From Candidatus Multivoradales bacterium (lineage in GTDB: Bacteria; Acidobacteriota; Thermoanaerobaculia; Multivoradales; J023): a stretch of DNA of 64,000 nt. The notes under the pieces are model-generated. The model was not told where the DNA came from, did no database searches, and saw only the letters and a list, made by a program, of their open reading frames with translations. Below are positions 27,241-37,524 of the stretch, piece by piece. The first letter of the stretch is position 1. Each line of letters begins with the position of its first letter. The stretch is taken from assembly GCA_965248925.1 (NCBI GenBank), contig CBDFLE010000004.1, forward strand, positions 160,001-224,000, written 5' to 3'. Made by a program: the position numbers and the translations under genes.

Positions 27241-27381
27241 CTATTGTTGGCGGATATTGACGCCGAAGCCGATGGCCATGGTTTCGATGGCTTGGGCCAG
27301 GGCGATGTGTTGCTCGGTGAGTTCGGCCTCCGGCGTGGCGGGCAGCTTGAGGGTCAGCAAAGTGCCTCGTAGATGAACTTC
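27241..27381 (-). pseudogene. 3' remnant of the 101-aa PCD-fold gene
   Basis: Same deletion junction as in block 1 (GAACTTC|TTTGAGG). Confidence 0.8.
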
Positions 27382-27388
27382 TTTGAGG

Positions 27389-27754
27389 TCACGGTTCAAG
27401 AAAAAGCACCCTCCGGGCAGAAGGGGCTGATTCTGCCCGGAGGGGTGGAGTCGCCGTGGTTGGGGAGGGACCACCACGGCCATCACAGGGACTCAGGGAG
27501 CGAGCGAGGTCGAAATCTTCCGGCCGCAGACGGGCCGGTGCCACCGGCCCGATCCGTACCGAGACCCAGCGGCCGACCATCGCGGCTCTGGGTTCTAGGT
27601 TGGTGAGTTCACCGCGATAAAACACCCACTCGACGAAGATCAGGGAATCGCGCCAAGAGTCAAAGAGGTATTTGCGGGTGATCTTTTGTTGCCCTTTGAT
27701 TTGTCGCCAATCGGGTAGGGTGTTTAGGGCCTGTTGGATCTCTTCATCGGTCAT
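27389..27754 (-). CDS. PCD/DCoH-fold protein 1, copy 2
   Basis: Starts MTDEEIQQ after an AAGGAG RBS; paralog of 61510-61872. Confidence 0.75.
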   Translation of the reverse strand: MTDEEIQQALNTLPDWRQIKGQQKITRKYLFDSWRDSLIFVEWVFYRGELTNLEPRAAMVGRWVSVRIGPVAPARLRPEDFDLARSLSPCDGRGGPSPTTATPPLRAESAPSARRVLFLEP

Positions 27755-27847
27755 CACTCTCTCCTTGGGTCTAGGAGGATGGTAAAGCCAACAGATTTGA
27801 TCTGTGCAAATGATCTGGGCTGCGCCATATCCTGGAGCTGTGCATCT

Positions 27848-27909
27848 TGGACCTCCGCCTCCGAGGTCCATTCAGGAGTCAAAGAACCCGATATTGGACT
27901 CTGAGTGCA
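27848..27909. promoter_or_regulatory. Variant palindromes upstream of the divergent regulator
   Basis: TGGACCTC-N7-GAGGTCCA (27848-27870) and the imperfect TGGACTC-T-GAGTGCA (27895-27909) sit where the other blocks have the GAGGACT operators. Confidence 0.45.
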
Positions 27910-28028
27910 CACTGGTTTGACATGGCTGCGCACTCTCGTGCAGCTTTGATGTTTTTCGTTCCAAGATTTCGGGGCGAGTCCAACGATGCGCTATACTTTG
28001 CCCCTGACCCAACTATCTGGAGGAGAGC

Positions 28029-29360
28029 ATGTCAGAAGTTCTATATCTATCCGACCATCAGCGGCTCCTAACTACACTGAGAACGCATGTGCGGCGGCAT
28101 CCGAGGTCACTTCAGGCTATCGAGAGGCGCCTCGGGTGGTCGCGTTCCTATCTGTCTCGCAAGCTTGGCGGTGCAATTTCCCTTTCTACGGAGCAGCTGC
28201 TTGAGATTCTTAAGATCGTTGATTTGAATCTGAGCGAGCTAGAAGCGAAGGCATCCTGGGTTGATGTCGAGGGCCTCCTTGAGGGTCTGCTGCCTGAAGG
28301 AAGTCGAAATCCAGCTCCGATTGTGGAGTTGCGACGAGTAGCTCGGGAGCTGGCGGAACGGGACGGGGTCATAGGCGAGAACATCGAAGTTGCTGAACCT
28401 CACTTGTCGACTCTGCTAGCTGTCGATCGGTTACGATTCTCTCATCCGTGGCCTGCTGCGAGACAAGCCTTCGCCGTGGCGGCCCATGTGGCTCCTGCGA
28501 TCAATGGAGACGAAGCAAAGGAAATATTCTCTCGGGCCGCAGGCGTGTACGCTTCCTGTTGTCGAATGGGCGGTTCGCCAGAAGACGGAGTCCGCGCCAT
28601 CCTTGTTGCCTTGTCCGCAGCGGGTTCGTCAAACCCGCAACTTCGAGCCTCGCTCATGGAGCGCGCTGCCTATCTGCTGATTTCTTTCGCTCAGAACCTC
28701 AATGCGATTGCGGTATTTGATTTGGCGGATTCGATCAATATTGGAACTGGTGATCGATCTTGCCGAGGCCGGCTTGCCGTGGGGCGAGGTGTAGCTTGGC
28801 ATCTGGAGAACGAGTTTCAGTTGTCAGCTACAGAGTTTCTATCGGCTTTGCAGCTTCTCAGTAATTGTGAGCAGGTATTTGCCGGATCGGCTCATCAATG
28901 TCTTGGGCAAGTTAGAATGGATGAAGGGGATCTCATCGGGGCTGCACGAGAAATCGAATTTGCCAGAACGTTGCTAGCCGATGGTGACGTGTATAGCCTA
29001 GGTATTGTAGAATGGACGGCTGCTCGTCTGGCTAGCAAGTGTGGTCAGTCGGAGCAGGCTGAATTGTTGTTTCGAGGAGCTGTCGACAACTTGATGAAGA
29101 TCAATCCGTTCGACACCACTTTGGTCTGTCTAGATTGGGTTAAGTTGCTTCTTGAAAAAGGTGAAGCCGCCGATGCCGTCTTGACAGCCAGGAGAACGGC
29201 TAGGTTAATTGAGCAATTCGAATCGAATCCGATTGCGGGTAGAACTATCCTGGAATTGAAGAAGGCATCTCTGAGGGGGCAGCTGACGTTCAGACTTGTA
29301 GGAGCGGCCCGGATGAGTATCGAGAGTGGGCGCTGCCTAGGCATACGCCCACTCTTTTGA
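28029..29360 (+). CDS. XRE-HTH + TPR-like regulator, divergent paralog
   Basis: HTH SLQAIERRLGWSRSYLSRKLGG. Shares INPFD, SNPIAG and GIRP motifs with the other copies; GGAGGAG RBS. Confidence 0.85.
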   Translation: MSEVLYLSDHQRLLTTLRTHVRRHPRSLQAIERRLGWSRSYLSRKLGGAISLSTEQLLEILKIVDLNLSELEAKASWVDVEGLLEGLLPEGSRNPAPIVELRRVARELAERDGVIGENIEVAEPHLSTLLAVDRLRFSHPWPAARQAFAVAAHVAPAINGDEAKEIFSRAAGVYASCCRMGGSPEDGVRAILVALSAAGSSNPQLRASLMERAAYLLISFAQNLNAIAVFDLADSINIGTGDRSCRGRLAVGRGVAWHLENEFQLSATEFLSALQLLSNCEQVFAGSAHQCLGQVRMDEGDLIGAAREIEFARTLLADGDVYSLGIVEWTAARLASKCGQSEQAELLFRGAVDNLMKINPFDTTLVCLDWVKLLLEKGEAADAVLTARRTARLIEQFESNPIAGRTILELKKASLRGQLTFRLVGAARMSIESGRCLGIRPLF

Positions 29361-29463
29361 TCTAACCTCCCGGCATTATTGCAGGCCCGTACAGCGTGGC
29401 ACTGACTTTGCGCAGATAGCTCACCTGTGATCTCCTATTCCACGACATCGCCAGAGGGTCGGA

Positions 29464-32400
29464 TTGATCCTCCGGGTTCGTGATTTAGGCAACCCTACCC
29501 TGGAGATCTTCAACCGCGACCAGAGCACGACTTGGACGCTGGGGGAAGCGGTGCCGCCGGGCCTCACCCTGGCTCCGCCCAGCCCACCGAGCGGCACGGC
29601 GGCTGTCTCGCTCACCGTCAGTGGCATGGCGACGGCGGAGCGTCCGGTGACTCTGCGCAACCTCACCACCGGCGAGCGCGACAGCGCTCGCGTCGGCAGT
29701 CCTGGTGGCGGCGGTGCTGGCAGTTTCTCCCTGAGTCTCAGCGTGCGGCGCGGCGACCGCCTGGAGCTACTGCGCAACGAGCTGTCCTTGGCCTACGTGG
29801 CGGGTTACGACGCCGGGGTGGTGACGGTGGATCTGAACGCCGTCGAAGCGGTCGATGAGGAAGTCGACGATCCCTGGGATGCCTTCGATCTGCTGCGCTA
29901 CAACACTCACTATTTTGTACCGACCGAGGTGCTGTGCTCGACGTTTGAGAACGATCAGCGCTTCGACGTGATCGACGCGCGGGTGCTGCCGGCGGCGTCG
30001 GAGGGCGAGCCTTGGAGCGTGCTGGCCCTGGTCGAGAATTATGGCTTGCTGTCGCTGGGTGCCTCGGTCGCTGCGCCGCTCGACAAGCTGGCCTACCGCG
30101 ACGCTCTGTGCGGCGAGGTCGATGACAACCGCAAGATGGGGGGTCTCGATGTGCTGCCCGGCTACCGCTTCGATCGCAACGGCGACGGTGTGCTGGACGA
30201 CGAGGACCCCGAGCGTGACTTCGCGCTGCTCACCAACACCGTTGGTGGCGGGGGTCTTGGCTGGCTGCTGATTGTCGATGTCACCGAGCGCGATGAGCTG
30301 CTTCTTGTGGGCCGCATCGAGCTGCCCGGCCCGGCGACGCGGGTGACCGCTGACCCGGTCGGCCGCCGCGCCCTGGTGTCGGGCCACGGTGGTGGGGTCT
30401 ACATCGTCGACCTCGACCGCTGGCCCGAGCTGGGTGGAGGGGGCGGAACCCCTCAGATCTGGTCGAGCGATCGGGTGGTCGAGCGCCTGAGCTTTGGCGA
30501 GGACGTGCGCGCCCCCACCCTGGTGGCTCCAGAACTGGGCCTGGCCTTCGCCGGTGGCGTTGCCCGCGGCGTGACCCCCCTCAGCACCGGCCTGCCACGC
30601 CTGTCGCTGGTGACTAGCGGCAAAAAGGGACTGCGCCGGGTCGCCCGGTTGGCGCCATTTGGCGCGCCTAGCGCGCCGGAGAGCGCCGAGGAAGGTGCCG
30701 AAGAAATACCCGGCGTGATCCGCGTGCAGGCGCAGCTTCCTGGTGGCCTGGCCGATGCCGAGGGCAAGATCCGTGTCGACCTCGCGGGCATCGGCCCCGC
30801 CGGTTTGCCGGTGCGCGGCCTCGGCGAGGGGCTGATGGACGAGCCCATGGCCGAGCTGAAAGACGATAAGGCGCTGGTGCTACAACGGCAGTCGGACAAC
30901 CCCCTGTCAGAGGGCTACAACGTCTTCCTCTCCGACCCGGTGGTGCTGCTGGCTGACGTGCGCGCCTCGGCGCATTTCGAGCGCTCGGAGGCTGAGAAGA
31001 AGGTCTGCCGCCGCTGCGACCTGGTGGACGAGGGGGTCTACACCGCGGCCGATCTACCTCCCAACGAGCTGCATGTCGAGCTGCTGTCGGGTCATCAAGT
31101 GCGGGCGAGCTACAGCGCCGCCGTCGCCTCCAGCCTCACCGGCCTCTACGATGCCGACCTGCTAGCGGGCTACGCCGTCGTCGCCGATAGCGTGCCCTGG
31201 GATCTCAGCCCCTCGCCGCACCAGGAGCCGGCGCTCAATGCCGCCACTAGCGCGATGGCGGCGCCGGGCACCCTCCTGCACTCAGGAGAGATGACCCGCC
31301 AGGCGATCGACCTCAGCCTCCAAGGCCGGGGTTTAGATGTGGCCTTGGTGCGCACCTACCGCAGCCAAACGATCAGCAACGGCCCCCTCGGCCCGGGCTG
31401 GGATCATGGCTACCGCCTGCGCTTGCGGCTCTTGCCCAATGGCGATATCGACTTCTTCGACGGCACTGGCCGCCGCGAGACCTTCACCTTGGAAGACGAC
31501 CGCGAGCTGAAGCCGCCCGTCGGCCGCTTCGTCCAGCTCAAGAAGTACGCCGAGGGCTACACCCTGATCGGCAGCGGCTACCAGCGCTGGCGTTTCGACC
31601 GCTGGGGTCGCCTGGTGTCGATGATCGACTCGGTGCGCACCAGCGAAGAGACCGGCAACGAGATCACCTTCCACTACGACTCCCACTCGCGCCTGGCGCG
31701 GATCCACGACGATCTCGGCCGCAACACCCTCCTGCACTACGACGACGAAGGCCGTCTGGAGAAGATCGAAGACTTCAGCGATCGCGACTTCCTCTACCAC
31801 TACGACGCCCAGGGAAGATTGACCAGTTTCGAGACTCCAGACGTCGACCTAGGCAGCGGCAGCAGCCAGCGCCTGTCGACCACCTACGCCTACCATCCCC
31901 TTGGCACCGGCCTGGCTGGCCAGCTCACCCAGCGCGATGATCTGAAAAGCGAGACCGACGCCAAGAGCCAGACCTGGCTCACCCTGCGGTATCAGGACTC
32001 CGACGGCAACGGCCGCCCCGATGCGCTCAAAGAACAGGATTGGGGAGCGGGGACAGTGCATTTGGCCTTCGATTTCGACGGCCAGCAGACCACCCTCACT
32101 GATCGCCGAGGCAAAGTCTGGACCTACCATCTCAACGCTGCTGGGCAGATGCTCAGCGAGCGCGACCCGGCGTCTCATCAGTCGAACTGGTCCTACGAGC
32201 CAAGTGGTGCGCTGGCACAGGCCACCGAGGCGGGGGGAATCACCACCGATCTGACCTACGGCTCGGACTCTCCGCGCCAGCGGGGCAATGTGTCGAGCGT
32301 GACGACGACGCCTTCCCCTGGCTACCCCAACCCTGTCGCGCCGGTGGTGGTGCAGGTGCTAGAGAGGGTTAAGAAAACCAATCGGGTGGCCAGTTGGAAC

Positions 32401-35400
32401 GATAAGCACGGTGCGCAGCACCTGATCATCACCTATCCCAACGAGCTGCCCAAGGTGCGTCATGACGCCTATGGCACGCCGCTCAACGCCACCTCGTCGA
32501 TGACGTACGACTTTTTCGGTCGGATCACCGAGCAGACCGCCCCCAACCAGAGCAAAACCACCTTTACCTATTCCCTTGAGGACGGTTACTTGACTCAGGT
32601 GGTCGCCGATGCCCAGAACCTGGCTCTGAGCACCGACTTTCTGGAGCGCGACGCCCGTGGCAATCCGCTGCGCTGGCGCGACCCGCGCGGGGTGATCCAC
32701 GAAGCTGAGTACAACGCCCTCGGCTGGCTGCTGCGCCAGCGGCAGGCGATCTCAGGCGGGGCTGCCCCGATCGGCCTGGTGAGTGAATTCGACTACGACG
32801 CCAACGGCCAGGTCACGGCGACCCGGCGCTCCCACAGTGGCGGCGGGATGACCGCCGTTCGCTTCACCTACGGGGTTCTCGGCGAGCTGCTGCGCAGCGA
32901 GCGCGAGGTCGAGCCCGGCGGGGCGGCGATCCTCGAGACCGTAGCGTATGACCCTCACCTCAACCCGACTCGCATCGTCGATGGTGTCGGTGGGGTCACC
33001 CTGCTGGAGTACGACGCCCGCAACCTACCGCTGCGCAAGACTAGCGGGGCGGGTACGGCGGCGGAGATTGCAGAGGAGTACTCCTATGACGCCGATGGCC
33101 GGCTGGTGGTCTACACCGATGCTCGCCAACAAGTTTGGCGTACTGAGTACGACGGCTTGGGACGCCCCGCGGCACAGATCAATCCGCTGGGAGAGCGCAC
33201 CGAGACCGAGTACACCCCAGGTGACCTGCCAATCCACCAGCGCCGCTTGAGTGCCTCGGGCGTCGTGAAGAGCGAGCAGCAATGGCAGTGGGACGTGCGG
33301 GCTCGGCAGACCCGCGGCATTGCCCATCTGTGGGCCTATGGCGAGGGTGGCGGCGATGGCGAAGCTCATCAGCAGCTGACGACAGACTTTACTTACGATG
33401 CCATCTCGAATCTGCTCACCGTCGAGGGTCCTGGCATCTCGTTGGAGCATCGCTACGACTCGGCGGGGCGGCGGACCTTGTCGCAGGACCAGGCCGGCAA
33501 CATCGTCGAGCTGGACCTTGACCCGCTAGGTCTGGTCACCAGCCAACGCCACCTTGAGCAGCTCGCCGAGGGGGGCACCGCGACCGTCGAGAACACCTTC
33601 ACCCACGACGCTCTGGGCCGTCCGCTGAGCGAGAGTCTGCCGCACGGTGGCAGCCGCAGCTGGCAATATGACGTCCGTGGCAACCTGACTCGTTTTGCCG
33701 ACGCCGACGGCCGCGTCTGGACCTGGCAATACGACGGCCTCGACCGCCGGCTCGCCGAGCAGGCTCCGGGCGGCGTTGACCTCAGCCACACCTATGACCA
33801 GGCTTCGCGGCCGCTGACCTACACCGACGCTCTCGGTAACCAGACCCGCTGGGTCTACGACATTCTGGGTCGGCGCACCGACTGGCTGCTCAACGGCGTC
33901 GGAGTAGAGATCTACGGCCACGACGAGAGCGGCAACCCAACCTCGATTCTGCGCGCCGACGGCAGCCGCATCGACCAGAGTTTCGATGCCGCCGGCCGGC
34001 TGATCAGCCGCCAGATCAACCTCCCTGACGGCACCCTGGGCGAGGCCGAGAGCTACTCCCATGACGCCCTGGGGCGGATCACCCAGCAAACCGCGGGCGG
34101 CATCTCCACCCAGCACACCTTCGACTCGTTGTCGCGGCTGACCGCCGAGACCACCGCTGGCCTCACCGTCGGTTACCAGCACGATGCCGCCGGCAACTTG
34201 ATTCAGATCAGCTACCCCTCGGGTCGCCGGGTCGACATCGTGCCCGACGGGCTCAATCGCCCCTCCACGGTCGCCTGGGCGGCGCCCGGCCCACCCGAAG
34301 TCAAGGTGCGCTACGGCTATCGCGGCGGCAATCTGATGTCCTCCCGCAGCCTGGCCCAGCTCACCGGGGTGAAGACTTTTGATGCCGGCCGGCGCACCGC
34401 CGGCTGGCAAGTCCAGGATGCTGGCAACCAGTTGCTGCTCGGCGAAAGCCTGACCTGGACCCCCGGCTCGCGGCTGGCCACCGCCACCCGCACCGATTTG
34501 GGTGGCCTCACCCGTCGTTACGGCTACCAGGACGGTCGCTTGATCTCGGCCATCCAGACTGGCGGCCCGGCCTCCAGCACCCCGGCCGCCACCGGCTGGG
34601 CCGACGTGCCCGCGAGCTTCACCTACAGCTACGACCGAGCCCAGAATCTGCTGGGGATGGACTTCGCACAAAGCTGCGCAGCCACCCAGGTCGCCCTGCC
34701 GCTGGATGGCAGCGGCTGGAACCGCCCGGCTTCAGTAGCCGGCGAAGCGCTCCAGTGGACCCCACGCCAGGAGCTGGCGAGCAAAGGAAACCTCAACTTC
34801 ACTTACAGCTGGGACCACCGTCCCATCGAACTTCGGCGCAATGGGGTGACGATCGCCAGCTACAAATACGACTCCCAAGGTCGCCGAGTCGAGCGCCAAG
34901 TCGGCGCCGACACCTACACCACCGTCTGGTCCGGCTGGCAGCCGATCGAAGAATACAAAAACGGTCTATTGCACAGCCGCCGCACCTACGGCGTTGGCCT
35001 CGACGAACTCATTCGCCTCGAAAGCGACCTCGACGGCGACGGTGTTCTAGAGCAGGAATACCTGCCCTTCTACGACACGATCGGCAACCTAGTCCTACTC
35101 ACCAACGAAGCCGGCAAACCCATCGAACGCTACGCCTACGGCCCTTACGGCCGGCAGTGGATCGTCGCCGATTTGACAGCGCCCGCAGTCGAGCAGATCC
35201 GCATGAAAGGTGATGAGCTGTGGATCGAACTCTCAGAAGAAGTGCGGCTCGACCGCCTGCAAGCCGCCTCTAGCGCCGGCACGCTGACGCTGGTCAACGC
35301 CCTCGGCGATGAAATCAGCTTGCAGATCGAGCAGCCCATCGACAGCGGCCGCGCCGCCCGGCGGCGCGTGGTGCTCAGCGAGCTGCCGAGCCAGAATCCC

Positions 35401-36942
35401 CCACGCTGGCCGGTGGCGGGGGAGATTGCCACCCTGACCATCCCAGCCGGAGCCCTGGTCGACCTCTTCGAAAACAAAGGCGCGGCCGTGGCCGAGTCCA
35501 TGACCTGGCCGGCCATCGCGGACGAGATTTACAGCGACACAGCCCCTCCCCAGCTGCTTCAGGCTTGCGTCACAGCGCAAAGAAAAGTCGAGCTGGAATT
35601 CAGCGAGCCCCTCGACGAAGCGACCCTCGACACCATCCAGCTCAACAGCGTGGCAACCACCTGGACCGTCTCCGCCGATGGCTACCGCCTGACCAGCGGC
35701 GCCCTCGCGGTCGGCTCCAACACCCTGCTGGTAGACGGCGAACTGAAAGACCTCGCCGGCACCTCGCTGGCAGGCACCGTGAGCGAGAGCTTCATCGTCA
35801 ATCTAGATCAAGGCACGATCATCCACAGCGCTCCCTACGCCGGGCAGATCGCCATCTCGGCTACCGGTAACCCGTTTGGCTTCAAAGGCTTGCCGAGAGA
35901 CCCGGAGAGTGGGCTGATCTATGTCAGGCACCGCTACTACGATCCAGAAATAGGCCGGTGGATCACCTCCGATCCACTGGGACTCGTCGATGGGTCGAAC
36001 CGCTACCAGTTTGCCCTGAATGATCCGACTAACAACAGCGATCCCACCGGGGAGTTTGTGGTTGTTGGTTCGATCCTGATCGCAGCGGCGATCTATGGGG
36101 CTACTCACGAGATCGAACGAGCCACGGACGTAGACCCGCATGCTAGCGTTGGCGGAGCGGCGGCCCTGGGAGCGACGCGAGGTTTGGTAGTTGGCGGTCT
36201 CGCCATTGCATCGGGAGGGTTTGGTGGAGGACTTGCTGCTGGGCTTGGAGGAGGTACGATTGTCCAGGGCGCTACGGTGGGTGTCTTTGCGGGTGTTGGG
36301 GGCGTCTTTGCTGAGGATGTGATCGATGTCGGGGTGCTTCATCATCGGGAGAGCTTCAGCTCTATCGGGCAGTATGCTGGGGCAGCGGCGATTGGTGGTG
36401 CGTTGGGAGGTGTTGGTGGCGCAGTTCTGGCACGAATGCAGCCAGGAGGTGCTGGTAGGGTGGCACGAGGTGTTAGATCTATTCCAAGACGAAGTGTGAA
36501 GTACAAGACTTCAGGTATGGTTGCCGACATGGCTAGGTTCGACACTAGAAGGGGTGTTCAGTATCTCAATGAGGTTTCTAGGAGACGATATAGGATCTCA
36601 ATCAAGAATGGGAAGCTATACGACGCTTCAGGTCAGCTGTTCGAAACAGTCTCGGCTTCAACAGCATTTAGTAAAGGTAAGGCAATTTTTGTGATGAATG
36701 AAGTTGGAGAAATATTTGCTTCGACATCTCATAGAGTTGGCAGATTTCATCATTCTTCTTTCTTGGCTGGTGGGAAAGTTGCTGCTTCAGGAGAGATCGA
36801 AGTTATGAGAGGTATAGTTGTCGGAATGACGAGAAATAGTGGCCACTACAGGCAGGGTCCGCAGTACCTTCAGCAGATGACGAAAGAGCTTCGTAGGCAT
36901 GGTGTGCGTATTTCTCCAAGTCAAATAAAGGGAGGGTTCTAG
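29464..36942 (+). CDS. 5'-truncated (orphan-like) Rhs toxin C, type II core, with C-terminal HHSSF...SGHY domain
   Basis: Homology to toxin B starts abruptly at ~29503 (toxin B residue ~2564). No signal peptide or upstream palindrome; weak TTG start. Core RYYDPEIGRWITSDPLG...DPTG. Confidence 0.88.
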   Translation: MILRVRDLGNPTLEIFNRDQSTTWTLGEAVPPGLTLAPPSPPSGTAAVSLTVSGMATAERPVTLRNLTTGERDSARVGSPGGGGAGSFSLSLSVRRGDRLELLRNELSLAYVAGYDAGVVTVDLNAVEAVDEEVDDPWDAFDLLRYNTHYFVPTEVLCSTFENDQRFDVIDARVLPAASEGEPWSVLALVENYGLLSLGASVAAPLDKLAYRDALCGEVDDNRKMGGLDVLPGYRFDRNGDGVLDDEDPERDFALLTNTVGGGGLGWLLIVDVTERDELLLVGRIELPGPATRVTADPVGRRALVSGHGGGVYIVDLDRWPELGGGGGTPQIWSSDRVVERLSFGEDVRAPTLVAPELGLAFAGGVARGVTPLSTGLPRLSLVTSGKKGLRRVARLAPFGAPSAPESAEEGAEEIPGVIRVQAQLPGGLADAEGKIRVDLAGIGPAGLPVRGLGEGLMDEPMAELKDDKALVLQRQSDNPLSEGYNVFLSDPVVLLADVRASAHFERSEAEKKVCRRCDLVDEGVYTAADLPPNELHVELLSGHQVRASYSAAVASSLTGLYDADLLAGYAVVADSVPWDLSPSPHQEPALNAATSAMAAPGTLLHSGEMTRQAIDLSLQGRGLDVALVRTYRSQTISNGPLGPGWDHGYRLRLRLLPNGDIDFFDGTGRRETFTLEDDRELKPPVGRFVQLKKYAEGYTLIGSGYQRWRFDRWGRLVSMIDSVRTSEETGNEITFHYDSHSRLARIHDDLGRNTLLHYDDEGRLEKIEDFSDRDFLYHYDAQGRLTSFETPDVDLGSGSSQRLSTTYAYHPLGTGLAGQLTQRDDLKSETDAKSQTWLTLRYQDSDGNGRPDALKEQDWGAGTVHLAFDFDGQQTTLTDRRGKVWTYHLNAAGQMLSERDPASHQSNWSYEPSGALAQATEAGGITTDLTYGSDSPRQRGNVSSVTTTPSPGYPNPVAPVVVQVLERVKKTNRVASWNDKHGAQHLIITYPNELPKVRHDAYGTPLNATSSMTYDFFGRITEQTAPNQSKTTFTYSLEDGYLTQVVADAQNLALSTDFLERDARGNPLRWRDPRGVIHEAEYNALGWLLRQRQAISGGAAPIGLVSEFDYDANGQVTATRRSHSGGGMTAVRFTYGVLGELLRSEREVEPGGAAILETVAYDPHLNPTRIVDGVGGVTLLEYDARNLPLRKTSGAGTAAEIAEEYSYDADGRLVVYTDARQQVWRTEYDGLGRPAAQINPLGERTETEYTPGDLPIHQRRLSASGVVKSEQQWQWDVRARQTRGIAHLWAYGEGGGDGEAHQQLTTDFTYDAISNLLTVEGPGISLEHRYDSAGRRTLSQDQAGNIVELDLDPLGLVTSQRHLEQLAEGGTATVENTFTHDALGRPLSESLPHGGSRSWQYDVRGNLTRFADADGRVWTWQYDGLDRRLAEQAPGGVDLSHTYDQASRPLTYTDALGNQTRWVYDILGRRTDWLLNGVGVEIYGHDESGNPTSILRADGSRIDQSFDAAGRLISRQINLPDGTLGEAESYSHDALGRITQQTAGGISTQHTFDSLSRLTAETTAGLTVGYQHDAAGNLIQISYPSGRRVDIVPDGLNRPSTVAWAAPGPPEVKVRYGYRGGNLMSSRSLAQLTGVKTFDAGRRTAGWQVQDAGNQLLLGESLTWTPGSRLATATRTDLGGLTRRYGYQDGRLISAIQTGGPASSTPAATGWADVPASFTYSYDRAQNLLGMDFAQSCAATQVALPLDGSGWNRPASVAGEALQWTPRQELASKGNLNFTYSWDHRPIELRRNGVTIASYKYDSQGRRVERQVGADTYTTVWSGWQPIEEYKNGLLHSRRTYGVGLDELIRLESDLDGDGVLEQEYLPFYDTIGNLVLLTNEAGKPIERYAYGPYGRQWIVADLTAPAVEQIRMKGDELWIELSEEVRLDRLQAASSAGTLTLVNALGDEISLQIEQPIDSGRAARRRVVLSELPSQNPPRWPVAGEIATLTIPAGALVDLFENKGAAVAESMTWPAIADEIYSDTAPPQLLQACVTAQRKVELEFSEPLDEATLDTIQLNSVATTWTVSADGYRLTSGALAVGSNTLLVDGELKDLAGTSLAGTVSESFIVNLDQGTIIHSAPYAGQIAISATGNPFGFKGLPRDPESGLIYVRHRYYDPEIGRWITSDPLGLVDGSNRYQFALNDPTNNSDPTGEFVVVGSILIAAAIYGATHEIERATDVDPHASVGGAAALGATRGLVVGGLAIASGGFGGGLAAGLGGGTIVQGATVGVFAGVGGVFAEDVIDVGVLHHRESFSSIGQYAGAAAIGGALGGVGGAVLARMQPGGAGRVARGVRSIPRRSVKYKTSGMVADMARFDTRRGVQYLNEVSRRRYRISIKNGKLYDASGQLFETVSASTAFSKGKAIFVMNEVGEIFASTSHRVGRFHHSSFLAGGKVAASGEIEVMRGIVVGMTRNSGHYRQGPQYLQQMTKELRRHGVRISPSQIKGGF

Positions 36943-37256
36943 TGGTAGATTTAGCGGATGAATTGAGGACTGTGCTGTATACGATTTTCTATGTTGAAGA
37001 CTTGTCAGCATTTCAGGGTTTGACCTCCTCTCAGAAGGAAGCATTTCTTCGTGACCATACCCTTGAAGAGTTGGGAAAAATGCGAGATGGTCTCCGGTGG
37101 GGAGTGGCCAATTCTGACTACAATTTCTCATCTCTCTGGGAGGGTCTTAGCTATACTGACCAGGAGATTCTGAGGTATGTAGAAATATTACTGAGGGATT
37201 TTGAAGAATTTGTGCCGAAGCTGTCCCGTCCGCCGCGTCCACAGCCAAAATTGTAG
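36942..37256 (+). CDS. Putative cytoplasmic immunity protein for toxin C
   Basis: GTG overlaps the toxin TAG; acidic, helical 104 aa; low GC. The C-terminal LSRPPRPQPKL* is supplied by the TGT repeat. Confidence 0.8.
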   Translation: MVDLADELRTVLYTIFYVEDLSAFQGLTSSQKEAFLRDHTLEELGKMRDGLRWGVANSDYNFSSLWEGLSYTDQEILRYVEILLRDFEEFVPKLSRPPRPQPKL

Positions 37257-37318
37257 CCAAACGACCACTTTATTGGTCGCCGTCCCTCATTAGATGGTGT
37301 CCCGTCCGCCGCGTCCAC
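37222..37318 (+). repeat. Cluster 3 of the TGT element-end motif (copies at 37222 and 37298)
   Basis: Two 21-nt copies. The 55 nt between them is a truncated version of the flank that follows the second copy. Confidence 0.95.
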
Positions 37319-37524
37319 AGTCAAAATTGTAGCCAAACGACCACTTTACTGGTCGCTGGTCCTTGTCAATGGACCCGCTCCTTGTCGCTCCTCCTCAGCT
37401 CACGCCGAGAATCTGCCAAACCGACGGCGATCTTCGCTTGCTGCCGAGAATCCGAGGCGCCTGAGCGAGCCTCACCGTGGACAGCGCGTCGCAGCAGCCC
37501 ATCAACTCTCCAGCCTGAGCCGCT

